DNA from: Candidatus Cloacimonadota bacterium
GTDB lineage: Bacteria; Cloacimonadota; Cloacimonadia; Cloacimonadales; WRIO01
Length of the DNA: 31,990 nt
Reading direction: 5' to 3'
Assembly (NCBI GenBank): GCA_029564175.1
Contig: JAKQQL010000470.1
Coordinates: 1-31,990, forward strand
A program made the translations under genes and the position numbers. Below, one piece after another: positions 1-8,726 of the stretch; position 1 is the stretch's first letter, and each line of letters starts with the position of its first letter. Below the pieces are notes generated by a model that was not told the DNA's origin, searched no databases, and saw only the letters and a list, made by a program, of their open reading frames with translations.

Positions 1-3000
1 ACTTTCAACCGAAACAATTCTGCCATTACTGACAGTAAATAACTCACATAAACCGGCAGACAAAGTTTTGGCTGATAAGCTGTATATGATGACATCTATC
101 TGATCTTTATTGATTTTATAGGAGAATTCCATTCCTTTAAGGTTTTTACCTGGTATCAGAACCGTATCATCGGATAATCCGGAGCCTTTCAAATGCAATT
201 CCATGGCTGAAATGTGCTCTCCGTTTTTAATAGCTACCTGTTTATCAGTCGCTTTCAGGACAGGGTTGTTTTCATATTTTAAGACTGTTGCTTCAGGGTT
301 TCTGCCCATCACGATATTGATAATTCTGACCACATCCAATACATTAATTGCCCCGTCCTGATTGGCATCTGCACCATCCATCAGGAAAGGCTGGGGATTT
401 TGATTTAACAAATGGCTGACGATTGTGGTAATATCCAAAATATTGACTGACATATCACCGTTAGCATCGCCGGAAGTGGCATTAAAGGGAACTGCTGAAA
501 CAGTCTTGGAAAAATCACTTTCCTGCATATCGGTTTTGACTGCTTTATATTTGTAGTAGTATCTGGTATCTGGGGTAACCTGGTAATCCACGAAAGTAGA
601 ATCAGTGATTAAACGATCATTGATGATGATTGGCTCGGTATAAGTCGAATCCGTGATATTTTCATAACGATACATATTATAACCCAATATATCTGCTAAA
701 TCTGCACCTGGCCATTCCAAATCCACTTTCCCGATACCGGCAGTTGCCTGAAAATTGAGAGACTGGGAGCCTGCAGCCTGAATCACAAATTCAAATCTTC
801 GATATTCATCCGGGATTTCAAAATTATCCATATCTTTCGCTCCGGTAACCCGGATTCTCTGAATCCCGTCTCCGGTATTCAGCCCGACCGTATAATAGGC
901 TGTCCATACGGTTGAATCTGCACTCCATGATGAGTTATCCTGTACGATATGCTGGGTATAGGGTTCTCTGACACCAAAGGTCAAAAATGGCTGATAAGCA
1001 GGATTCATTGCCCGGTTGAAATAGACTTTAAACTCCAGTGTTTGATTGCCAACTACGCCTAGACCGGTTGGAGAATTGTAAGGATTATCATAGATATTGG
1101 TTTCAATATTATTGATTTCAACTTTCCAAACGATACCATGACATTCTGCCGGAGGTGCATGTAATGCATTAACTCCAGATATAATGGGTAAAGAGCTATT
1201 TTCAAAAAAATCTAGAATATGTTGCTCAATGTAATAAGAATTTGTTGTGCCAAAATAATTAGGAGGAAGATTGTAAATTCCCCAACCTGAAGAATATGTC
1301 CCAAAACTTTTGCTTGCATTACCATTATTGTATACAATATTCGATTCTATCTCATTTATCTGATTTATTCTAAAACGTAATAAAGGCATACTTGATATAT
1401 CAATATTATTCACTATAATATTATTTTTAAAAGAATTTTCAATGCCAAAAAAAAATATTTGAATATAATTATTAACAAAATTACATTTATAAAAAGTATA
1501 GCCATTATAATAAAATAAACTTCCTGAATTGAATCTAAAAATACAATGTATTGAATTAATACCTTTAAGCAATTCATTACTTGGAGAAGAGTATTCAAAT
1601 ATACAATAAGATAAACTCGAATTGGGAGAACGAGATTCAATATTCTTCCAATACCCATTTTGATTGTGTGTAAAGGTAATCAGAGAGTCTTTTGTTCCAT
1701 TGCAAACAAAATGATTAGCCACAAGTATTGAAGCTCCATCATTGAGTCGTACTGTAGAACCTGGATCAATCTCAAGTGAATCAAATACTACATTGCCTGT
1801 AATTATATGGACTTTATCTGGTGACAAACGGGTAATCCCGCTGATATAGCCTGAGTATTCTGCTCCTCTTTGTACCTTAATTGAAATATTACCTGAAATA
1901 GTGGAACAATTACTTCCAGAAATAGTATAATTTAACATAATGTCACGATTATTTGCTACATTTGAATTAATAGATATGAGAAAAGGATTCTGCACTCCTG
2001 TCAGAGTCGCATAAGTAGATATATCACCAATATTGCTGGTATTGTTTAAAATAGTAGCAATTGAAGGATCTTCAAATTCACCAAGACTTAGTGTTGAAGT
2101 AACATTCTGAGCTAAAGCACCTGTGTTTTTTACTTTGAAGTAAATCTGAATGGTTTCTCCTGCATCGGCAATCCCATCATTGTCGCACGCAGGAGAATCA
2201 TCAGTCAAAGTATATGCTACAAAGGATAGCTGAGGCGTAAGCTGATGATTCAAAAAGCCGGATATATCCAATATGCCGTTATTAGCACTTTGTATCAATT
2301 TAGCAAAGATCTCTTCATTGGATTGATTGGGGAGATGAGATCTCATGAGCGAGACAGCTCCCGCTACTATGGGTGAAGCCATGGATGTTCCGCTAAGAGA
2401 TCGATATCCTCCGTTGGGGAAAGTGCTTAATATGTCAACACCCGGCGCTGTTATCTCATAATTGTGACCCCAAGCGTTTCCGGTAATTACAGGACCAGAT
2501 AGATCACGATTAGAAAAGCTGGCTAATTCGCTTGATTGTTTACTTGCCTGTACTCCAATCACAAAGCTGTAACAAGCAGGATACATTGGTCTCAGATCAA
2601 CTGAAGAAGCGTCATTACCTGCCGCTGCTACAATAATCGTATAATTATAGGCATTTTCTAACGCATATTTAAGGGTTAAAGATTCTCCATAAGAACCTAA
2701 GCTCATGTTAATAACTGTTGCGCCATTGTTTCTGGCATAATCAACTGCCAAGGCAATCACATCTGAACTGCCATATCCTGAACTCTGTAAGACTTTTAAT
2801 GGTAATATGTGGGCATTCCAGTCAATTCCGGCAATACCAGTTTCATTATTGGCTGAAGCGCCTGCGATACCGGCTACATGTGTTCCATGAGAATTGTCGT
2901 CCATCGGATTGTTATCGTTATTTATAAAATCCCAGCCTCTGATATCATCCACAAATCCATTGTTATCATCATCAATCCCATTATCAGGAATTTCCTGTGT

Positions 3001-3606
3001 ATTTAACCATATTTTGTTCATCAGATCAGGGTGAGTCCAATCCACACCAGTATCTATAATTGCTATTTTCTGTGTATTGTATCCGGTGGTGATTTCCCAT
3101 GCCTGAGGAGCATTCACGGCATTCAGGTACCATTGAGTGTTCGTTAAGGGATCATTGGTTTGTACATCCATTGTATAAAAATAATAGTTTAGCTCAGCGT
3201 ATTCTATGGAAGGGTCTTCTTTTAATTCAGCAATTACTTTTTTCAGATCTGTATCATGAGCAAGCCGAAGTTTGAAGATATTAAAGAGCTGTTTTACTTC
3301 GATTTGCTGTTTATCAAAGTCATTGATATACTTCTTTGTATCTGATCTGCTCTCAGACTTAAAAAGTTTTTCTATAGCCATTACCTTATTTTTTTTGAGA
3401 AGTTTATCAACTGAACTTAATCCGGTTGAGATGACACCTCTGTTTTCCTGGATGACCAAATCACAGTCTTCTTTAAACATGACAAGAATTTCTCCTGGCT
3501 TATATTCAGGATTGTATGGGTCTAACTGATGGGTTGACCAGGTGTCAGCCAATAAACTGATACCGGCTATTATGAACAGCACTAAGAATACTAAATTCTT
3601 TAACAT
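1..3606 (-). CDS. Large secreted S8 (subtilisin-family) serine peptidase with beta-helix-like, FN3-like, dockerin-like and cohesin-like modules; 3'-truncated by window edge (>1202 aa)
   Basis: Hand translation from ATG 3606 (GGAGGAG RBS): signal peptide MLKNLVFLVLFIIAGISLLA; catalytic triad motifs AIIDTGVDWTHPDL (~3020-3063), DDNSHGTHVAGIAGA (~2857-2903), SGTSMASPIVAGA (~2356-2394); dockerin-like GDANGDMSVNILD...ADANQDGAINVLD (304-471). Its absence from the ORF track is consistent with no stop before position 1. Confidence 0.93.
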   Translation of the reverse strand, partial: MLKNLVFLVLFIIAGISLLADTWSTHQLDPYNPEYKPGEILVMFKEDCDLVIQENRGVISTGLSSVDKLLKKNKVMAIEKLFKSESRSDTKKYINDFDKQQIEVKQLFNIFKLRLAHDTDLKKVIAELKEDPSIEYAELNYYFYTMDVQTNDPLTNTQWYLNAVNAPQAWEITTGYNTQKIAIIDTGVDWTHPDLMNKIWLNTQEIPDNGIDDDNNGFVDDIRGWDFINNDNNPMDDNSHGTHVAGIAGASANNETGIAGIDWNAHILPLKVLQSSGYGSSDVIALAVDYARNNGATVINMSLGSYGESLTLKYALENAYNYTIIVAAAGNDASSVDLRPMYPACYSFVIGVQASKQSSELASFSNRDLSGPVITGNAWGHNYEITAPGVDILSTFPNGGYRSLSGTSMASPIVAGAVSLMRSHLPNQSNEEIFAKLIQSANNGILDISGFLNHQLTPQLSFVAYTLTDDSPACDNDGIADAGETIQIYFKVKNTGALAQNVTSTLSLGEFEDPSIATILNNTSNIGDISTYATLTGVQNPFLISINSNVANNRDIMLNYTISGSNCSTISGNISIKVQRGAEYSGYISGITRLSPDKVHIITGNVVFDSLEIDPGSTVRLNDGASILVANHFVCNGTKDSLITFTHNQNGYWKNIESRSPNSSLSYCIFEYSSPSNELLKGINSIHCIFRFNSGSLFYYNGYTFYKCNFVNNYIQIFFFGIENSFKNNIIVNNIDISSMPLLRFRINQINEIESNIVYNNGNASKSFGTYSSGWGIYNLPPNYFGTTNSYYIEQHILDFFENSSLPIISGVNALHAPPAECHGIVWKVEINNIETNIYDNPYNSPTGLGVVGNQTLEFKVYFNRAMNPAYQPFLTFGVREPYTQHIVQDNSSWSADSTVWTAYYTVGLNTGDGIQRIRVTGAKDMDNFEIPDEYRRFEFVIQAAGSQSLNFQATAGIGKVDLEWPGADLADILGYNMYRYENITDSTYTEPIIINDRLITDSTFVDYQVTPDTRYYYKYKAVKTDMQESDFSKTVSAVPFNATSGDANGDMSVNILDITTIVSHLLNQNPQPFLMDGADANQDGAINVLDVVRIINIVMGRNPEATVLKYENNPVLKATDKQVAIKNGEHISAMELHLKGSGLSDDTVLIPGKNLKGMEFSYKINKDQIDVIIYSLSAKTLSAGLCELFTVSNGRIVSVES

Positions 3607-3631
3607 AACTCCTCCCAATTTTGTTTTTTAT

Positions 3632-4417
3632 CTATTTAATTATCATTATTTTCCCTGTTTTCCTGAAATGATTGGTTTCTATCTGATAAAAATAAATTCC
3701 TGAAGGCAATGATTGCTCATTTGCTTTCCAGGAAAGAGAATGAACCCCCTGATCAAGATTTGAATTTCTTTGTTCAAACAAACAATGACCCTTAATATTA
3801 AAAATCATCAGATGAGTATCAGAAGCTTGTTTTATCTCATACTTAAAATTGATACTTTCATTAAATGGATTGGGATAAGCAGAAACCTTGCAAACAGATT
3901 GTATGTCATTCTGCTCATCTGTATTAAGAGAGGGGGAAATAGTAATTTCACCATTAATGATACCTGTGATTATATTTTCAGAGTTTTGACCTGCAATAAT
4001 CGCTTCAGCAACTGTAACAGGGTATGTACCTGGATTCAGATGATGCTCCAGCTGAAGGGTTAATACAGAACCCTCATTACCTGAGAACACTGATGAGGAT
4101 AATGAATAAGCTATAATTCTCAAATGACCATTGACATTTGAAACATTCACAATATGATCCTGAGCACGGTCAGTCAGTTCTGCTGAATCATCAATGTAAT
4201 CAACTGAATCAGGCAGGATTAAATCTATCTGAAATGCAGTAAAGGGAGAAGTATTTTGAATTGAGACAGATAAGACTATACCGGAAACCTGAGTTGTTGT
4301 ACTATTATCTACAATTACAATATTCGACTCATCCGGATAATTAGAGCTTCCTAACCCAAAAATCATCTTTATAATGATACAAAACAATATAAACAAACCA
4401 GCCTTTTTAAAACCCAT
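3632..4417 (-). CDS. Secreted cohesin-like domain protein with C-terminal FlgD-Ig/T9SS-type sorting domain
   Basis: ATG 4417 behind GGAGAG; signal peptide; cohesin-like pattern LSVSIQN..FTAFQIDLILP..LRIIAYSLS..FSGNEGSVLTL..PGTYPV..GEITI; CTD AYPNPFN...IFNIKG...LPSGIYFYQI...KIMIIK. Confidence 0.8.
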   Translation of the reverse strand: MGFKKAGLFILFCIIIKMIFGLGSSNYPDESNIVIVDNSTTTQVSGIVLSVSIQNTSPFTAFQIDLILPDSVDYIDDSAELTDRAQDHIVNVSNVNGHLRIIAYSLSSSVFSGNEGSVLTLQLEHHLNPGTYPVTVAEAIIAGQNSENIITGIINGEITISPSLNTDEQNDIQSVCKVSAYPNPFNESINFKYEIKQASDTHLMIFNIKGHCLFEQRNSNLDQGVHSLSWKANEQSLPSGIYFYQIETNHFRKTGKIMIIK

Positions 4418-4558
4418 ATTACTCTCCAACAAAAGGATTAGGATGATATGGAAACCATCTTAATCAACACCTTGATAGAATTTTCACATTTTTTCCCTGA
4501 TTGCTTATGAAAATTCCTTTCTTTACAACATAATACTGAATTCACAAACTATGTATGC

Positions 4559-4588
4559 AGAATATTCTTTTTTGAATATCTTTGTCAA
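4559..4588 (-). promoter_or_regulatory. Putative sigma70 promoter for cohesin/S8 operon
   Basis: Minus strand TTGACA-N18-TATTCT upstream of the 4417 start. Confidence 0.4.
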
Positions 4589-4631
4589 GTTTTTTTTTGG
4601 AGACTGTGTAAAAAGGCTGATTTTATTATGC

Positions 4632-5115
4632 AGCACCTACGGTGCTTGATTCGTAACTGTCTATTTTACAGTGGCATCGCCCTGGGCAATGATTCTTTCG
4701 TTCCTTTGGAACTCTTATTTTGCACAGTGTTTTATGGAAGATTATTTTTTATCCGTTTTATCCGTAGTTTACCAAGGCTTTTTCCCTGATTTCATTGCCT
4801 TTAGTGGTTGTTGAAAACCTCGTCATGGTAGTTTTGTTCGTTGCGAAAACAAATTATCTATGTCTTACTCTTTGTATATATCTGACGCACCTACGGCGCT
4901 TTATTTTGTAGTACATTGTTTACCATGCGCTTACGCACATGGTTATCTATATGACATTCCTCCGGAATTCTGGGTTTTGAACAGGCTATAAATCATATGT
5001 TACTCATATTCTGCATTTACAAAGCGTTTTTGGAATATTATTTTTCATCCGTTTTGTTTTATCCGTGGTTCAACAATGTTCTTCCGTTATTTCAGTGTAA
5101 TTAGCGTCAAAAAGC
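4632..5115. repeat. Cluster of degenerate REP-like short palindromes arranged as two related composite units
   Basis: AGCACC-TAC-GGTGCT (4632-4646) vs GCACC-TAC-GGCGC (4887-4899); GTTCC-TTT-GGAAC (4700-4712) vs ATTCC-TCC-GGAAT (4956-4968); shared tail GGAA(G/T)ATTATTTTT..ATCCGTTTT..ATCCGTRGTT (~4735-4770, ~5032-5070). Confidence 0.6.
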
Positions 5116-5121
5116 AAAGTA

Positions 5122-6429
5122 TTAAAACCCCACCCCAATAGAAAAGTAAGGATGACTATCCTTGAGCACATTTCTTTCAACATTTTCCGGATGAACCACT
5201 TCATGATCCTGATACCAGTCAGCGCTGTTTGCCTGACTGCCGAAAAGGCTGTAACCACCCTTTAATATAAGATGAAAAGCTTTTAGATGAACATTACATC
5301 CGGTTTCAAAATTTAAAGAACCTGTAAACAAAACTCCACTGTCATAGAAATAACCTTCTTCGTCATCATCACCGGTTGAATATCGTTTTACTCTCAGCTT
5401 ATATCCTCCGTTGGAATAGGGTGTTTGAATTCCAAGAGAAGCATAAGCGCCTGCATTAAACTGAAAATCACGACGATTAATGAGTGGTGCCATAACACCC
5501 AGACTCCCCAGATTGATCAGAGAGTACTGATTGGCAAAGTCAATCTTAATATCAGATAAAATCCCAATATAGAGGTTATCCTGATAGCCCTGATACAGCA
5601 ATGGAATGCTTAAAAACTTATAATCCCCTCTTTTTTCAAACAAAAAATTATTGGCTGTATTCGGATCAGACTTATCTTTTCCTTTAATTCTGATTAAACT
5701 GTAGTCAGGTCTGTAATCTGGTCTTAACCGATATTTAAACACTTCCAAACTGTCATTGATTTTGAGACTGATATTTTGAGTTAAATAATAGTTATGTGCC
5801 AAATTTAATCGATATTCTCCATAAGGAATTCGATAAACAGTTCCATCTCCTTTCAGGAAAAACTTCTCCTGATCATTAGTAATATAAACTTTAGAATCTA
5901 CTGGTTTTATAAAGAAACGAACTTTTGCTTTTGGTTTATTGTCGGTCATATTAAGAGCGATCCTGTTAACTGCTTTATCTATCACGATATCAAGTTCTCT
6001 GATTTGATTTTCATGAGTAAATATTAAATGATAAGCTCCAAAGGGAAGTTTAACGGATTTTTCATCACCTGTAGTCTGATAATAAAGTGAATCATTGCTA
6101 AATATCTCTATTTTTGTTGTTTCTGGATTAATCTCCATATTTAATTGAGAAGTGATCTTTTTTAAATGATATACTTTTTTGATCTCATCCCCTGCGTTAA
6201 TTTTAATCATCTCCATTATACTTTCATGTTGATCCAGACTAATACTCAACATATAGTCGCGTGGTTCCAGTTCAATAATCTGTCTGTTCTTTTCGATTAT
6301 GCCATCAATTTTAATCTGTGCATTATCAGGATAAACTTCAATAAGTAGTTTTCCTTTATTCGTTGCGTTTTCAGCTGAAATCAATGTTATAATCGCTAAA
6401 ATAATGCTTATAAATGTGATACGTTTCAT
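5122..6429 (-). CDS. PEGA-domain secreted/outer-membrane protein
   Basis: ATG 6429 behind GAGGAG; signal peptide; repeated PEGA-like units (GKLLIEVYPDNAQIKIDG, LPFGAYHL, IPYGEYRL); C-terminus FSIGVGF resembles a beta-barrel terminal Phe motif. Confidence 0.7.
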   Translation of the reverse strand: MKRITFISIILAIITLISAENATNKGKLLIEVYPDNAQIKIDGIIEKNRQIIELEPRDYMLSISLDQHESIMEMIKINAGDEIKKVYHLKKITSQLNMEINPETTKIEIFSNDSLYYQTTGDEKSVKLPFGAYHLIFTHENQIRELDIVIDKAVNRIALNMTDNKPKAKVRFFIKPVDSKVYITNDQEKFFLKGDGTVYRIPYGEYRLNLAHNYYLTQNISLKINDSLEVFKYRLRPDYRPDYSLIRIKGKDKSDPNTANNFLFEKRGDYKFLSIPLLYQGYQDNLYIGILSDIKIDFANQYSLINLGSLGVMAPLINRRDFQFNAGAYASLGIQTPYSNGGYKLRVKRYSTGDDDEEGYFYDSGVLFTGSLNFETGCNVHLKAFHLILKGGYSLFGSQANSADWYQDHEVVHPENVERNVLKDSHPYFSIGVGF

Positions 6430-6502
6430 TTTTCTCCTCAATAATTCCCAATACAAAATAAACTTATCTGAAAAAGATTGTTACACTCATTTCTGTAAAA
6501 AT

Positions 6503-7045
6503 TCATTTTTTCCAGATCAGATGATCATAGCCTTCTCCCCAGAAATCCTTCAGACACAGAGCTGGTTCACTCAGTTTTTTAATCCAGAAGCCTTGAGAAC
6601 AGCGATAACCACAATCAAGGCAATAACCATTATACCCCTGCGCTTTGATGATTTCAATCAGGTGATCAAAAAGAAAAGTTCCTAAACCCTGATGGTGATA
6701 GTCTGGTAAAATCATCACGCTCTTGATCTCTGGCATATCAAATGGAATTGGCAAATGATCCGTAATCAGTTCCCCTGCTTTACCATAAGCAATAACACCA
6801 CAGATCGTTTGATCAATTGTCAGTTTGAAATATCGGTTATCATTTTGCTGAATAAAACTCGCTGAAAAAGAGTTCTTCTGATTTTCAATCTCTTCCAACA
6901 TAAAATCATGCATAGTCTGATCAATCTGATCTCTGTAAAAGTTATCTCTGATCACAAATTCGAATAGATTGAAAATCTCTGCCTTATCATCAATAGTAGC
7001 TGCAGAGAAATCTATACGGATCTCATCTTTATTGATTCTTTTCAT
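6503..7045 (-). CDS. GNAT family N-acetyltransferase
   Basis: Acetyl-CoA motif A MILPDYHHQGLGTFL and SQGFWIKK. Confidence 0.85.
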   Translation of the reverse strand: MKRINKDEIRIDFSAATIDDKAEIFNLFEFVIRDNFYRDQIDQTMHDFMLEEIENQKNSFSASFIQQNDNRYFKLTIDQTICGVIAYGKAGELITDHLPIPFDMPEIKSVMILPDYHHQGLGTFLFDHLIEIIKAQGYNGYCLDCGYRCSQGFWIKKLSEPALCLKDFWGEGYDHLIWKK

Positions 7046-8466
7046 TCATATCCACCCTCTATCCATTGGTCTTTTTCCCAGATATAAGACTTTATACCTC
7101 CAACATCTGATCTGAAGATGAGTATTTTTGCCTGATTCATTTCCCTGTTTAAATAGATAGTGATAGAACCATTTGACATGATGTGAAATGGACCCATTTG
7201 AGTCTGAGTAGAATTAAACAAGCTTTCGAGTAGTTCCATTTTTGAAGCCGGTAATGCCCGGGTCAATAATAAATCATTCACTGAGTCGAGATAGATGACC
7301 CGCTTTGTACTTTTGACTCTGGGACGAATATTTTTGATTGTGATTTTCTCTTTATTCTTTCCAGAAGCAGCAATTCCGTATAAAAAAACAGAATCACGAC
7401 TCACATAATAGGTCAGATTCCATGGAATAATCTCATATTTTCCTGGATTCTCTTCAAAATATTCCTTGCCTTTATGATATCTTTTCATTTCATAATCGGT
7501 TGAACTTAGAAGTTCTTCATAAAGCAGATAAACCTTCCGAATATTTTCCGGCAGAACAGCAAGCTCTTCCTCGGTAATGGCAATACTGGAATCTGCCAGT
7601 TGACTCATAAAATTATCTAATATACTCAAATCATTTTTTTGAAGTGAATCATATATTTCAGCAATACGGGGATCTCTTTTTTCGTTTATAATCTGATTAC
7701 CATCCAGGTCATATATAAAGTTTCTGTAATAGGGATCTCCATTGCAGACAGTACTATATCTGACAAAAATATAAATCCTGTCGTTAGATATCTTAAATCT
7801 GGAATTAAGGGGCGTGTTTATATAGATAAACTGATTTTGAAATATTTTTAACACTTTTCCTTTAGAGTTACAGATATAAATACGCTGTCTGATTTCATTA
7901 TCAGGGAATTTCTCTTCTTCCAGAATGGCAACTGTTTTTCCGGATTGAGAACATTTCTTGTCATAGAAAAAGCTCTCTTTATGATATCTCATGTCATTGG
8001 TTTTTTCAGATAAACCCAATTGATAATACTTACGTTCATAAAACCATTTATTAACTAATTTGCTTAGTTTTTTATTTTTAATAAAGTCTTTTTCTGCTAA
8101 TTCAGTATATCGGTCTGTGGGGATGTATAAATCAAAAACCTCCGATTTTATGGCTCTTTGATTATAAAAATCTGAAATTATAACATGAATTTGCTTCTTT
8201 TTACAATCATAGTCAATTACTACATGAGTACTATGGAGTTTATCCTGCGATATTCGTGAGATTAGTTTTGGCTGTAAAAACAAAGAATCAGCCATAAATA
8301 CATTCAACATCTTATTCTCAAAGTCATGTTGAAGGTAATAGACATTTCCCTGATCATCATTACAGATATCAGCTAAATATCCTTTGATAAAAATAGAATT
8401 GTTTTCTTCCATTGCATAAAGTGAAGTAACCAGAAATCCAAGTAACAGCAAAAATAGCTTTTTCAT
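7042..8466 (-). CDS. Secreted hypothetical protein
   Basis: 474-aa ORF; signal peptide MKKLFLLLLGFLVTSLYA; AAGGAG RBS; ATGA overlap with GNAT; no recognisable motif. Confidence 0.75.
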   Translation of the reverse strand: MKKLFLLLLGFLVTSLYAMEENNSIFIKGYLADICNDDQGNVYYLQHDFENKMLNVFMADSLFLQPKLISRISQDKLHSTHVVIDYDCKKKQIHVIISDFYNQRAIKSEVFDLYIPTDRYTELAEKDFIKNKKLSKLVNKWFYERKYYQLGLSEKTNDMRYHKESFFYDKKCSQSGKTVAILEEEKFPDNEIRQRIYICNSKGKVLKIFQNQFIYINTPLNSRFKISNDRIYIFVRYSTVCNGDPYYRNFIYDLDGNQIINEKRDPRIAEIYDSLQKNDLSILDNFMSQLADSSIAITEEELAVLPENIRKVYLLYEELLSSTDYEMKRYHKGKEYFEENPGKYEIIPWNLTYYVSRDSVFLYGIAASGKNKEKITIKNIRPRVKSTKRVIYLDSVNDLLLTRALPASKMELLESLFNSTQTQMGPFHIMSNGSITIYLNREMNQAKILIFRSDVGGIKSYIWEKDQWIEGGYE

Positions 8467-8490
8467 AAAGGTTCTCCTTATCTTATTTTT

Positions 8491-8519
8491 ATACTAATAT
8501 AAAAATGAATTATTGTCAA
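8491..8519 (-). promoter_or_regulatory. Putative sigma70 promoter
   Basis: Minus strand TTGACA-N17-TAGTAT directly upstream of the 8466 start. Confidence 0.6.
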
Positions 8520-8667
8520 GAAAAAACGATTTTAAAATACTATTCGCTACTTTTATAAAGTATATAATTATGCACTCTTTTTTATTATACATATACACTT
8601 TTAAATATATAGGAATAGTCATTACAAAAATAAATATTACTTATTCTAATATTTCTTAAAAAATATC

Positions 8668-8697
8668 TTGACATATATATATATATATGGTTTTAGT
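8668..8697 (+). promoter_or_regulatory. Putative sigma70 promoter whose spacer is an (AT)8 dinucleotide repeat
   Basis: TTGACA (8668-8673), (AT)8 at 8673-8688, weak -10 candidate TTTAGT (8692-8697), then AAGGAGG RBS and ATG 8727. Confidence 0.55.
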
Positions 8698-8726
8698 GGT
8701 TATGCATTAATATAAAGGAGGCACAA

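Noticed and set aside
1413..4063. Short ORFs 1413-1658, 2718-2927, 3272-3529, 3770-4063
   Set aside because: Off-frame or antisense shadows of the S8 protease and cohesin genes.
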